Assembly (NCBI GenBank): GCA_050613775.1
Contig: JBODTK010000113.1
Span: forward strand, 248,001 to 312,000
DNA from: Neocallimastix sp. 'constans'
Lineage: Eukaryota
DNA: 64,000 nt
Direction of reading: 5' to 3'
Positions within the stretch are counted from its first letter, which is position 1; every line of letters starts with the position of its first letter. The notes under the pieces are model-generated. The model did not search any database, was not told the origin of the DNA, and saw only the letters and a program-made list of their open reading frames with translations. This document shows, in pieces, positions 14,620 to 41,213 of the stretch. The position numbers and the translations under genes were made by a program.

Positions 14620-15182
14620 CATAAGAAATAAAATAAAATAAAATAAATAGTAGAATAATAAATATTAAAGTACAGATTGAATAAAATAAAATAAAATAAA
14701 ATAAAATAAAATAAAATAAAATAAAATAAAATAAAATAAAATAAAATAAAATAAAATAAAATAAAATAAAATAAATTGTAGAAATATAAATATAAAGTAC
14801 AGATTTAATAAAATAAAATAAAATAAAATAAAATAAAATAAAATAAAATAAAATAAAATAAAATAAAATAAAATAAAATAAAATAAAAAGTAGAATATTA
14901 AATAAGAAAGTACAGATTGAATAAAATAAAATAAAATAAAATAAAATAAAATAAAATAAAATAAAATAAAATAAAATAAAATAAAATAAAATAAAATAAA
15001 ATAAAATAAAATAAAATAAAATAAAATAAAATAAAATAAAATAAAATAAAATAAAATAAAATAAAATAAAATAAAATAAAATAAAATAAAATAAAATAAA
15101 ATAAAATAAAATAAAATAAAATAAAATAAAATAAAATAAAATAAAATAAAGAAAAATAAAATAAAATAAAATAAAATAAAAT
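14620..15182. repeat. (AAATA)n microsatellite with three interspersed copies of a ~35-bp spacer (gtagaa...aaagtacagatt)
   Basis: Pentamer run read directly. The spacer recurs near 14648, 14778 and 14890. Confidence 0.9.
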
Positions 15183-16906
15183 ATATATATATAAATATAT
15201 TTTAATATAAATAATAATATTTTAGTAATCACCAGTTGATCAAAATACAGAAAACAATGACTATTAGATACATATAAAAAAAAAATAGAAACTTTTGAAT
15301 ATTTTATAACATCACCTATAAATTTTGTTTTAATTATTTTAACATGTCCTATAAATGCTTTTTATAATAATAAATTAATGAATAATAATAATCAGTATTC
15401 TAATAATCATAAATAAATAATTTTTAAAATAAAAATATATATATAATAAAAATATATATATAATAACTATATAATCATTAAAAAGTTTTAAATAATGATT
15501 AATAATAAAAAAAATTTTTTTTTTTTTAAACTTTTCATTGAATTTTAAATTTTATAAAAGTTTACTTCATCATCAGAATTTTTTTTTAAAAAAAAAAAAT
15601 AAATCAGACCATTTTTTTTTCTATTTCATTTATAAAATATTTATTACACAAAATTGATTATTTTAGAATAGGATAAAAAAAAAAAAAAAAAAGGCAGTTT
15701 AAGGAAGTATTTATAAAAGTATTAAAAAAATGTTATATAAAAGAAATAAAAAAAAAATGAATGAAAGGAAAAAGAGCTATATAAATTAAACAGAGTTGCT
15801 TACTAACTACAATATTTTTTATTTTTCAATACATAATTGAATGTTGAATATATGATTTAGAAGAACAAAACTTTCATATATATATTAGATAGATATATTT
15901 AGCTTTAGCTAAAAAAAGAGATTTTACAAGGAATGCATATTATTAAATCTTTTATGGAATTATTTTATTTATATAAATAAATAAATAAATATAAATAAAT
16001 AAATAAAAATAATATAAATAAATAAATAAATAAAAATAATATAAATAAATAAATAAAAATTAAACCTAAAGACAATTTTAATGATTATGATTTTTGAATT
16101 TTTTGAATTTTTTGAAATTTTGATTTTTTTTTTTTTTGGATAAATTATAAATTTTCATATGATAATAAAAATAATAATACTAATAATAATAAATTTTTTT
16201 AATAATATTCAGTACTACTCTATATATTTATATATTATTTAATTATTATATATATATATTTATATTATATATTATTTATAATATTATATATATATTTATT
16301 TATATATTATTTATAAAATTATATATATTTATATTATATATTATTTAAAATATTATTAAATATATACATTTTATTATTTAATTATTATTAAACTTATATG
16401 TTACAACGTAGAATATTAGTTAAATAATGTATTATGTAATACTATTGTTAATATATAGAATGGTTTATTATAGTAAAATAATAAATAATTGAATAACATG
16501 AATATTTATTTATTTATAATAATATTAAATAAATAAATAAATAAATAATAAATAATAAATAATAAATAATAAATAGTAATTAATAAAAATTAAATAATAA
16601 ATAATAAATAATAAATAATAAATAATAAATAATAAATAATAAATAATAAATAATAAATAATAAATAATAAATAATAAATAATAAATAATATATAATAAAT
16701 AATAAATAATAAATAATTAAATAATAAATAATAAATAATAAATAATAAATAATAAATAATAAATAATATAAAATATGAATACTATTATTATTAATGATAG
16801 TATTAGAAATTATTGTGAAAATTTAATTTATATTGAATGAATTAAATTTAATATGTATTTAAAGAATTTAATTTTTTTTATTTTTTTTATTTTTTTTTTT
16901 TTTTTT

Positions 16907-17204
16907 CTATCGATCAGGAAGAGAATAATAAAATAATAATATTACCCCTGGTGCTTTTTTTTTTTTTTTTTTTAGTAAAAAAATAAAATAGAATAAAAAA
17001 AATAAAAAATAAAATGGATATAAAAGATTAGGCAATATAAAAAAAAAATAATAAAATAGAATAAAAATTATAAAAAAAAAATAATTTTTTTTTTTTTAAT
17101 TAATCATAGCATAGAAAATTTAATGTAATAAAGAATTAAAAAAAAAAAAAAAAAAAAAGCACAGGGTAATATTATTATTTTATTATTCTCTTCCTGATCT
17201 ATAG
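16907..17204. mobile_element. MITE-like/foldback element with ~50-bp terminal inverted repeats
   Basis: Left arm ctatcgatcaggaagagaataataaaataataatattacccctggtgc(T)n. The reverse complement of the right arm is ctatagatcaggaagagaataataaaataataatattaccctgtgc(T)n. No ORF inside. Confidence 0.6.
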
Positions 17205-17953
17205 ATTAAAAAAAAAAATTTCGGTGGGATGTAGTTCACACGATGTTGTGTAGTAGTAGTAGTAGTAAAAACATGATTCACTCACCACCACCATTCACCA
17301 TTTAAATCTAAAAATAATAATAATAATAATGATAATAATAAAAATGGAAAAAAAAAAATAAACTCACTCACTTTAAGAGACTTTAAGAGAGAAAGAGAGA
17401 AGCAACTAAAATGATCGATATTGTTTTTTTTTTTTTTTTTTGTTTTTTTTGTTTTTATTTTATTTTATTTTATTGAAGTGAACCTCAAAAAAAAAAAAAA
17501 AAAAATTCAATTCAGTAATTTAAGGGGAGGAGAGGGGAAAAACTTTTTTTTTTTGGAGATAACTTGATAATAAAAAAAAAATGATAATAATAATAATAAT
17601 AATAATAATAATTTCTTATTTTTAATATTAATATTTATTTATTTATTTATTTATTATATAATTTCAAAACACCATTACTATTAAAAAAAATAAAACTTTT
17701 TTATTTTTTAAAATTTTATTAAAATTTTATTTACTTTACTTTTTATTTTAATTATTTTAATCATTTTAATTTAATTATTTTTTATTTTAATTATTTTATT
17801 ATTTTAATTATTTTATTATTTTAATTATTTTATTTTTATTATTATTATTATATATATATTTATAAACTAAGGATGATAGAAATTAATAAAAAAAAAAAAA
17901 AAAAAAAAAGTTTGATTTTTTTTTGGATATTAAATTTATGAGGACTTTTTTTT

Positions 17954-18004
<51 letters not shown>

Positions 18005-18151
18005 GAATTTTATTTTTTATTTTTTATTTTTTATTTTTTATATTTTTAATTTTTTTTTTATACTCTAATTTTTTTATATTCTAATTTTTTAATATTTTAT
18101 ATTTTATATATTTTATATTTTAATTTTTTGATATTTTATAATTTTTGATAG

Positions 18152-18182
<31 letters not shown>

Positions 18183-18228
18183 TTTTCATATTTTAATAAT
18201 ATATGTTTAAAATATATATATATATATT

Positions 18229-30351
<12,123 letters not shown>

Positions 30352-31529
30352 TTTCTTCTATTTATATTATAAAAAATTTTCTATATTTATATATTTTTTT
30401 AAAAATAATAAATAAAAACAATAAAATTTAGTAATCTTGAAAAGTTTATAGTTGAAATATATAGAAATTTGCCTAATATCTTCCCATTTTCAAATTTAAA
30501 TATATATATATTATTATTATTATATATTAAATATTAAAATATAATAAAAAAAAAAAAAAAAAAGGCTTATATTACCATTTAATATTTTTTTTTATATTAA
30601 TTTGAAAAACATAAAGTATTAAATTTATATATATTCTTTACTACAATTTTAAAAGTTTTCTATTTTAAAATTATATATTGTAAATAATTTATTTAAAATT
30701 TTTATATTTATTTCTTTATTATCCTTAGTTTTTAAATTATTATTTTAAAAAATGAATTTTAAACTTTTTAGTTTCACTGATAAAAATAAAAAGATTGAAA
30801 AGTTATTTGAATTTTTTTATTTTTGTCTCTACTTTTTACAAATGAAAAAGAAAAAAAAAACAACTTCAAAACTTTTAATCTTTGAATTCTTTTTAAATTT
30901 AATTAAATCAATAAGGTTGAATTTTTTTATTCAGTTCTTTTTATTATTATTATTTTTTTTTATATTATTTTTAAAATTAATTAAATCAATTATTAAAGTT
31001 GAAATTTTTATTTAGTTCTTTTGATTAAATTTTGGTTTTTGTTTTTATTTATTTATTTTTTTTTTTTTTCGTTCTTGTTTTAGTTTTTTATTTTTTTTTT
31101 TTTGCATATAAAAAAAATTAATACTAAAAAAAATAATTACTTTTAAATATTAATTTTTTTTAAAAAAAAAAAATAAAAAAATAAAAAATAAAATAAAACA
31201 AATGTTTATATTAAAATGATTAGATGATTACTTAATAATTATATTATTATTTATTATTTGTAATATTATAATATTAAATTTGTTTATTGCTTTTTATTAA
31301 TATTTATTATTAGTAGTAGTAGTAGTATTATTAGTATTGTAATTGAATTTATATTATTATTTAAATACTAATCAATTTTATTGTATAAACAACACCTTTT
31401 AAAATTTAAAAATATTATTTCTTATTATTGGTATAAGTTCTTATATTTGTAAAGATTACTATTCTAATAAAATGTATATATATAAATCATAATATAAAAG
31501 ATATATTTAAATATATATATATATATATA

Positions 31530-31563
<34 letters not shown>

Positions 31564-34500
31564 AGCAAATATAGAATAATGTAATATTTATAATTTACAT
31601 TATTAATAAATTATAAAATTTTATTTCTAAACATAAAAAAAAAAAAAAAATAAAGTAATATTGAATGCTTACTTTCTAAATTATATAAAAAAAATTATCA
31701 ATTTATTATAAGATTTTTCCATTATATATATATATATATTGTAAATTAAGATCTATATATTTTTTAAAGAAAAAGTCCTATTTATACAATGAAAAAATAT
31801 ATATATATATATATAAACAAAATATCCTTTTTATTAATTAGAAGAATAAAAATTTATATATACATATACTTTTAATCTTTAATATTTATATTATTATTGT
31901 TATTATAATTTTTCTTTTCAGAAATAATCTTTTACTTTCTTTTTTTTATTTTTTATTTATTACTTATAAAATTTAATCTTTATGAAAAATAATAAATAAA
32001 AAAAAAAAAAAAAAAAAGAAAAAGAATAAGAAAAATGAAAAATGAAAAATGAGAAAAGATTAACAAAAAAAAATATGAAAGAATAAAAATGTTTATATAT
32101 ATATTAATATTAAAGAATAAAGTTTGGAAATATTCTTCAAAATATAAAACATATAAATCTATATATAAAAAAAAAAAAATTCATATATAAAATTATGAAC
32201 AACTTCAAATATAAATAAAAACATATAATTAAATTTTTTTTTTGTTGTTTTTTTTTTACATTTTTATTTTTAATAAAATAAAAAGTTTGAACTTTAAATA
32301 TAAAAAATATAATATAATAATATATATAAAATAGAAATAATATATATTAAAAATATAATCTATCTATGTAAATTATAATATAATATAAATAAAAATATAT
32401 AATATAATATATATAACAATAAAAAATTAGCATAAATTAAAATTGAGTAACAATATATTTACTACAGAATTAAAGTTTAATTTATAATAAAAAATATTTG
32501 AAGAAGCTTTAATTCCAAAGTTTGTTTTATATAGAGGAGGAGAAGCATATCTATATCTCTATAGGCAACAATAACTATTTTATTTTATTTACTTTAGGAT
32601 ATAATGAAAAGGACGAAAAAAAAAAAACAAAAAATTAAATAATTAAATAAAAAATTAAATATATATATATTTATTTTTTTATTTTATTTTGTCTATTATA
32701 ATTATCTTTAAAAAATTGATTTGTTATAAATAAAATTAGTTATAGGTTAGGTGTAAATCAAATTTAATATCTAATCTATCTATTTATTTTTTAAAAAAAG
32801 TAATATTCAAACTAAAATTTTTTTTTTTTTTTTTTTTGTTTGTATGAAATTAAGTTTCAAATACATTTAATACATTTATGAAGCAAAACTTTATTACTAT
32901 TTATTTATATTAAAAATTCAATCTTGGTTTAATATTGAAATTAATAAAATGTCCTAAACATAAAAAAAATAATAAAAAGTAATTAATAATAAATAATTGA
33001 ATAATAAATAATAAATATTAAATATTAAATATTAAATAATAAAAAAAGTATTTATTAATAAATAATAAATAATAAATAATAAATAATAAATAATAAATAA
33101 TAAATAATAAATAATAAATAATAAATAATAAATAATAAATAATAATAAATAATAAATAAATAAATAATAAATAATTGAATAATTAATAATAAATAATAAA
33201 TAATAAATAATATAATAATAAATAATAAATAATAGATAATAAATATCAATATTAAATCTCAACATTATACAAAAAATTATAATAGTAATTTTATTGTTAT
33301 CATTTTTTTTTTTTTGGATTTTTAAAAGTTTATATTTATTAAAAAAAAAAAATTATTTTTTTCTTTATATGTAAACATTAATAAAAATATTTGAATTCAT
33401 ATTAATTTATTGAATATTAACTTTAAATCTATGAAATAATTAAGAAATTAAGTTTATTTAATTTATTTAATATATTAATTTTAATTTATTATTTAAAATG
33501 ACATAATTTCTATTTTAATATATTTTGTGTTACGATCACTGTAACAAATAAAATTTAAAAAACTTTAAAAATAAAATATGGTATATTTAATTGGTTTTGA
33601 TAAAAATAAAATATGGTATATTTAATTGGTTTTGATAAAAATATATATAATTATATATATTATTATTTAATTCATAAAGCATATATATTTAATGGTTTAT
33701 ATCATAAAAAAATAATTCATTTATTTATTTATTTAGAATGTGTTGCATTTTGTAATATGACTTTCACATTTTTGATTTAAAGCCATAATTTTTTTAAATT
33801 CTTTAATACAATAATAAATAAATAAATAAATTATAATATGTTTTAAATATTTTCTTAATTATTTTTTAACAAAAAGGACTGAATAATAAATAATTAAATA
33901 TATATAACTAACTAATAAATAATAAATAATAAATAATAAATAATAAATAATAAATAATAAATAATAAATAATAAATAATAAATAATAAATAATAAATAAT
34001 AAATAATAAATAATAAATAATAAATAATAAATAATAAATAATAAATATCAGATAAAAAAAAAAAAAGATATATTTAATTATTTATTATTTATATCTAATT
34101 ATTTAATTAATATTAATTATTCTGAATAAATAATTTAATAACAAATAATAATAGAAAAACAAAATGTTTTAATTTAAAATTTTTTAAAAAATTATAAAAT
34201 ATACTATTTATTTAAAAAGCTTTTAAGTGAAACTAATCGAAGAAAAAATTAAATCATTGTTAAAAATATATATATATTTCATTTTTTACCTAAATTAAAT
34301 ATTTCAAAATAATTGTTTTATTATTATTATTATTGTTATTATTATCATTATTATTGTTATTATTATTATATTTTTACATCAATATCGTTAATTTTATGAT
34401 TATTATATAATTAATCTTCATGAAAATTAATATAAAGATCTTTTTTTTTTTTTTTTTTACTTTTCTCAAATTTTTAATATTTTATTTTTAATGAATATTT

Positions 34501-35487
34501 AAGGAATATATTTTTTTATTTTTTTGTAAGATATATAAACCTTCAAGAATATTTTATTTTATTTATAAATATATATATAGTGAAAATTTCAAAAAATATG
34601 TTATTTTTTAAGAATTATATATATATACATTCTTAAAATAAATATAAAAGAATAATAAAATTAAAAAAAAAAAAATTAAAAAATAATCTTTAACCCTAAT
34701 TTGAGATTATTTATATATATATTAACTTATTTAATAAAATTTTAAAGCGCCACATTTTCTGGAATGTAATACTCCCATTTATTTATTTCAAGTAATAATA
34801 AACAAAATATTTAATATTTATTGATTAAACAAATAAAGTGATAATAAATTTATTTATCTTAAAATAGAAATATTAAAAATTAATTAAAATAAAAAATAAA
34901 AAATAATAATAAATTAAGATTGATATTGGACATTATGGATATCAAGTAAATAAATAAGTAAATAAATAAATAAATAAATAAATAATTATAAAAACAACAA
35001 AAAGAGTACAATCTAAAAAATAATAATAATAATAATAATAACTATTATAATTATCTATTATTATTAATTATTATTATAAAATAATCATTTATTAATATTA
35101 ATGAAAACAAGTAAATGCTTATAGTATAAAATGTAGTAGATGATATTTAAATAAATAAAATAAGTAAAAAACAAAACAAAACAAAACAAAAAAAAAAATT
35201 TAAATAAATGATAAATATTTAAAAAGATATTATTAGAAAAGTTAAATTACATGAAAATGTCCTATTTTAAAATTTATATTATTTTTTTATATTTTTTATA
35301 TTTTTTATTTTTTATATTTTTATTTTTTATATTTAATTTATTTTTATTAAATAGTTACTATTTAATATAAAATATAGAAAAAAGCATAATTAAAAAATTT
35401 AATTTAAATTTTGTATTAAATATATATGGGAAATCATCAATTTTATAATAATAAAAAAAATAAAAAAAGATGATGAAATAATTAATA

Positions 35488-36580
35488 AATATTATTAATA
35501 AATACTCATATCATTAATAAAGAGAATATTATTATTAATAAATACTCATATCATTAATAAAGAGAATATTATTATTAATAAATACTCATATCATTAATAA
35601 AGAGAATATTATTATTAATAAATACTCATATCATCAATAAAGAGAATATTATTATTAATAAATACTTATAAATAAAGAGAATATTATTATTAATAAATAC
35701 TCATATCATTAATAAAGAGAATATTATTATTAATAAATACTCATATCATTAATAAAGAGAATATTATTATTAATAAATACTCATATCATTAATAAAGAGA
35801 ATATTATTATTAATAAATACTCATATCATTAATAAAGAGAATATTATTATTAATAAATACTCATATCATTAATAAAGAGAATATTATTATTAATAAATAC
35901 TCATATCATTAATAAAGAGAATATTATTATTAATAAATACTCATATCATTAATAAAGAGAATATTATTATTAATAAATACTCATATCATTAATAAAGAGA
36001 ATATTATTATTAATAAATACTCATATCATTAATAAAGAGAATATTATTGTTAATAAATACTTATAAATAAAGAGAATATTATTATTAATAAATACTCATA
36101 TCATTAATAAAGAGAATATTATTATTAATAAATACTCATATCATTAATAAAGAGAATATTATTATTAATAAATACTCATATCATTAATAAAGAGAATATT
36201 ATTATTAATAAATACTCATATCATTAATAAAGAGAATATTATTATTAATAAATACTCATATCATTAATAAAGAGAATATTATTGTTAATAAATACTTATA
36301 AATAAAGAGAATATTATTATTAATAAATACTCATATCATTAATAAAGAGAATATTATTATTAATAAATACTCATATCATTAATAAAGAGAATATTATTAT
36401 TAATAAATACTCATATCATTAATAAAGAGAATATTATTGTTAATAAATACTTATAAAGAGAATATTATTATTAATAAATACTCATATCATTAATAAAGAG
36501 AATATTATTATTAATAAATACTTTGCTACATTGTTTTATTAATAAAGAGAATATTATTGTTAATAAATACTCATATTTAT
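35488..36580. repeat. 40-bp tandem satellite (aatactcatatcattaataaagagaatattattattaata), about 26 near-perfect units plus degenerate ends
   Basis: Exact 40-bp period. Shortened 35-bp units occur near 35661, 36056 and 36291, and a 31-bp unit near 36446. Confidence 0.97.
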
Positions 36581-36871
36581 TAATGAAAACAAGTTTTTAA
36601 TAATAATATTTTCTTTATTAATAATATAACATCCATAATTAAGATTAAATTTTATAGCTATGAGTAAATTTTTTTTAATCATTAAATATTAATATTTATT
36701 ATTAGTTAGTTAAAAACAATTTCAATATAAAGAATTCATAACTAACTCAGTAGTTGAAGAGAACTATCAGTTTACTCTATATTTAGTTGTAAATATAAAT
36801 ATATAAATATATATATATATATTTATATTTTTTATTATGTGGTGTATTATTATTATTATTATTGTTGTTGT

Positions 36872-39302
36872 TGTTAAGAGTCAGGAATTTATGGTTTATA
36901 ATCAGGTCAACTTTATTACTATTAACCTCAATATTTTCATTCAACTTCATTCATTGATTCGACTACGTTCACTCTCGGGTGATCTCGAGCCTCTACGCAG
37001 CTTCACTTCGTTACGTGCTCGATCTCTCACTCCCCTTCTTTCTCTTGGTCTCATTTAAACATTCATTTGTTTCATTCAATATTTTCAGTTTTTTTTTGGG
37101 CATTTAAAACCATACTATTTTTAGCATATATTTGTATAAAAACCATACCATTTTAGCATTTATTAATATAGACTCCAAAAAATATAGATATATCAACAGC
37201 ATGGTTTTTAACATATATTTAGCATAAAACCCTATATGTTTATTAATAATTTGGAGCCTATATTAATTGATAATAAAACAACTATGATTATATATAAACC
37301 ATATATGTTTGAATGTTTAATAAACCATAAAACTTGATATTTTAATTAACAATATAGCTGTTATGTTTATATGAACTATATGGTTTTATCGTTAATATTA
37401 GCAATATATGCATATGTTTATCAATTTACAACATAGCTTTTTGGGAACATTAATAATAATATAGGCATACATTGCTAATATAGGTGTATTTAGTTACTAT
37501 CATTTAATTATTCTAAATTCTAAATTAAATACTTTAATAATATTAATACATTATGGCTTATACATTATTTATAATACAATGTGTTTCAATACATTTTAAA
37601 GCTTATTTTTTCATAATATTTCACATATTCTATAATTCCTCCTTAAACCAAGTTGTTCTATAATGAATAAATTGGTTTACTGTTTATTGGTGAAAATGTG
37701 AAGATAAAATTATCCTATTTTATGATATTGTTAACTTGATATTATTACATTATTATCTATTTCAATTCTAAATTAACCTTTGATTTTATAGGAATAAAAT
37801 AATTTTACATTTTATTAATTTCTTTAATTCCAATTCCAATTTAAATATTGTTAAAAAATTTTTCTTAAAATATATTTATAATCTAATAATTTCCCCCTTA
37901 AAACAAAATATATAATATTATTACACCATTTATATTAGATGTATTTAAAGCATCTCTTATAATATATGCTTTATATAATACCATTTATATGATGGAAACC
38001 TTTCTCTTGAAGGGTGATATTATACCATCTCAATTTGTGTATGAATGCCTCTTATATATTGGGTTTTTTGCAACACTTTTCAAATTATAATCCGCTTTGA
38101 AGATAAGCGCTATCTTTTTATACATATTTTCACTTTGAAGTTTTAGTGATAACTATTAACATAAATTGTTAATTATATATCGGGTGTACTTCATAAATTA
38201 TAACTTTGTTGTATAAAAATTGATAACATTTATACCTAAATTATATTTATCAAGCCATTTAAACTTATTAGTAAATAATGAAAAATTTTTTCATATTTTT
38301 ATTCATTTCCAATAAAAAGTATAATTTTTTTTTTAATAATCGACACATGGAATCAGTAAAGTAATCTTTCCTTTAATATATATAATTTTTTTAATAATCG
38401 ACACATGGAATCAGTAAAGTAAGCTTTCCTTTAATATATATATATATATATATTTTTTTTTTAAATTCTATATTTTATTTTTACCTATTTCACTTTAAAA
38501 TCAAAAAATTTCTAAAAAGGATTTTAATTATATTTGAAATTTTTTCATTATTAAAATATTAATGATAGAAAGTTTAATAATTCAAACATCTTGAATATCT
38601 TGCCCTCAATATGTATAGTTTGTAGATGAAATAAAGGTCATCTATTTGTATTTAACTCATGGTTTATATTTATTATTTTATTATACCTTTCATCATGAAG
38701 GTATGTAATTATGATTATATTAAATTAGTTATTTTTAAACTCCATTTCAACACTAGGCTTAATAATGCTATTATAGTTAGAATGTATCCCATTCCACGCT
38801 AGGAATTACCATTCTATTATATTTCCCTTGAATATTTGGAATATTATATTTTAAATTATCTTGTAAGGGATCTCTCTGACATATAATCTCCTCCATTATT
38901 GTAATTTATATTTATATATATATATATAAGAGTTAAACAAACTATACTTTAAATAATATATTTTGTGGTTTAACAAAAATCATTATTTATTTATATGATT
39001 GTTAAATATCTTTTTAATGTATATCATTAAATGGTGTTTTATATATTCATGGAGTGGAAATAGAAGATTCCTTTATGTATAAGATTTATTACATTACTAA
39101 TAGTCAAGAGTTTTATTTATCAAAGTATCAAATTAATAATTTTTAATTTTAAAGTCTCCTATATGAAGATCTATAATTTGCTATTATATACGTTTAAGGT
39201 TTTTTTTTTCCCTATTAAATTAATATTGTTATATTTTTTGGAGTTATATTTTTTAAATTGACATAATAAGCAGCTTTTATCATAATTTAAAATTCAATTA
39301 AT

Positions 39303-39337
<35 letters not shown>

Positions 39338-39606
39338 ACATAATATTGTTTCCAGCAAAAGATTCTTTTGCTAAGAATCTTTTTAAGAGTCAGATGAGAC
39401 GTTTAATCGATTAAGAGTCAGGAATTTATGGTTTATAATTAGGTCAACTTTATTAATATACTTTATGATAACGAGTTACTATCATTTTCTAAATTCTAAA
39501 TCAAATGTTTTTATATTCATAAATTGTGGCTTATGTTTTAATTATATTACAATATGTTTCAATACATTTGAAGCTTATTTTTCATAATATTTCACATATT
39601 CTAACA
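36872..39606 (-). mobile_element. Degenerate, internally deleted Ty1/Copia-type LTR retrotransposon (LTR copies ~36872-37635 and ~39409-39606)
   Basis: Direct repeats 36874-36918 = 39411-39454 and 37493-37632 ~ 39475-39603. Termini are TGTTAAGA (36872) and TTCTAACA (39606). A polypurine tract AAGGAGGAA lies on the - strand next to 37635. Frameshifted - strand traces of integrase (NNGGDYMSE for DNGGEY, NGNS*R for NGxxER, KTPFNDIH) lie upstream of an RT-like SAYLQ trace, which is the Copia INT-RT order. Confidence 0.7.
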
Positions 39607-39996
<390 letters not shown>

Positions 39997-40593
39997 CTTA
40001 ATCATTTATTAAAATTTGATATAATAATATGTAAAGTATTATGGTTAACAAGAAAAGAAAAGTGGATAGTACCTTTCATGATATTTTATATCAGAATGTA
40101 TATCAACGTAAAAACACTTGCTATATATATACAAGTTACACAAAATATTTAAAAGGATAGTATCCATAAATTTATACAACATAAAACATAAATATAAATA
40201 CGCTTTTAAAAATTCTTCAATTTAATATAGGATAATAGATAGGATAATTATTAAGAAGTTTATCACTCTTCCTTAAATGTTATTTTTATTTTATATAAAA
40301 AAAATTATTTAGAAACTTTAATATTTTTGTGTCATTTGAATCTTTTTTTTTTTTTTTTTTTTTTTTTAAATATATCAACTAGCATGATTTGACTACTATA
40401 TGTTTTTTAAAATTTGGTATTAATTTCACCATTTTCCATTATACATTTACTTACTTGCTTGATTATCAGTATAGGTGATATTTTAATTTCTTATTTTAGT
40501 ATATTTCTTATGTCACAGTATTTTCTTAACACTTTCTGAAGTACTTATATATTATTCAGCTTCTGCCGGTAGAAGTAGCAAAACAATATATGA

Positions 40594-40629
<36 letters not shown>

Positions 40630-40633
<4 letters not shown>

Positions 40634-40834
40634 ATATCCAACATATATAGGTCTTTTTTTTTTTTTTTTTTTTCCCTCCATTAAAATAATTCCACCTACG
40701 AAAAAGACCTATATATGTTGGATATATAGGTCTTTATCACCTACGAAATCTGAGTCCTTGTATGCAATTAACTTTCCCCCCCCCTCTCACTCTTTCCATC
40801 CTATTTAATTTTAAAATCTTTTGTACCCTTTATA

Positions 40835-40870
<36 letters not shown>

Positions 40871-41055
40871 TGTTTATTACTTTATTGCTTTGTCTGAACA
40901 TGTTTGGTGATTCACTTTTCCTTGGAAGCTTTATTTACAGGTGAAGAAACTTTCATGTTTTGTACATTTTGAAAAAAAAAAAATCAGAGATTCAACGGCA
41001 CTTTTATATATATATATATTTTGATGGAAATTTATCTAATTTGTCTACTAAAAAA

Positions 41056-41101
<46 letters not shown>

Positions 41102-41182
41102 TTTCTTTTATCCCATGAATGACGTCTAACAACGTGATAATAGTGATAGATCTCTAAATAAATCCGAGATAAATACATTTCG

Positions 41183-41213
<31 letters not shown>

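Noticed and set aside
17221..17260. tRNA-like start (cggtgggatgtagttca)
   Set aside because: No T-loop/B box or cloverleaf follows.
35488..36580. CRISPR-like array
   Set aside because: The units are contiguous with no unique spacers, there are no cas genes, and the context is eukaryotic.
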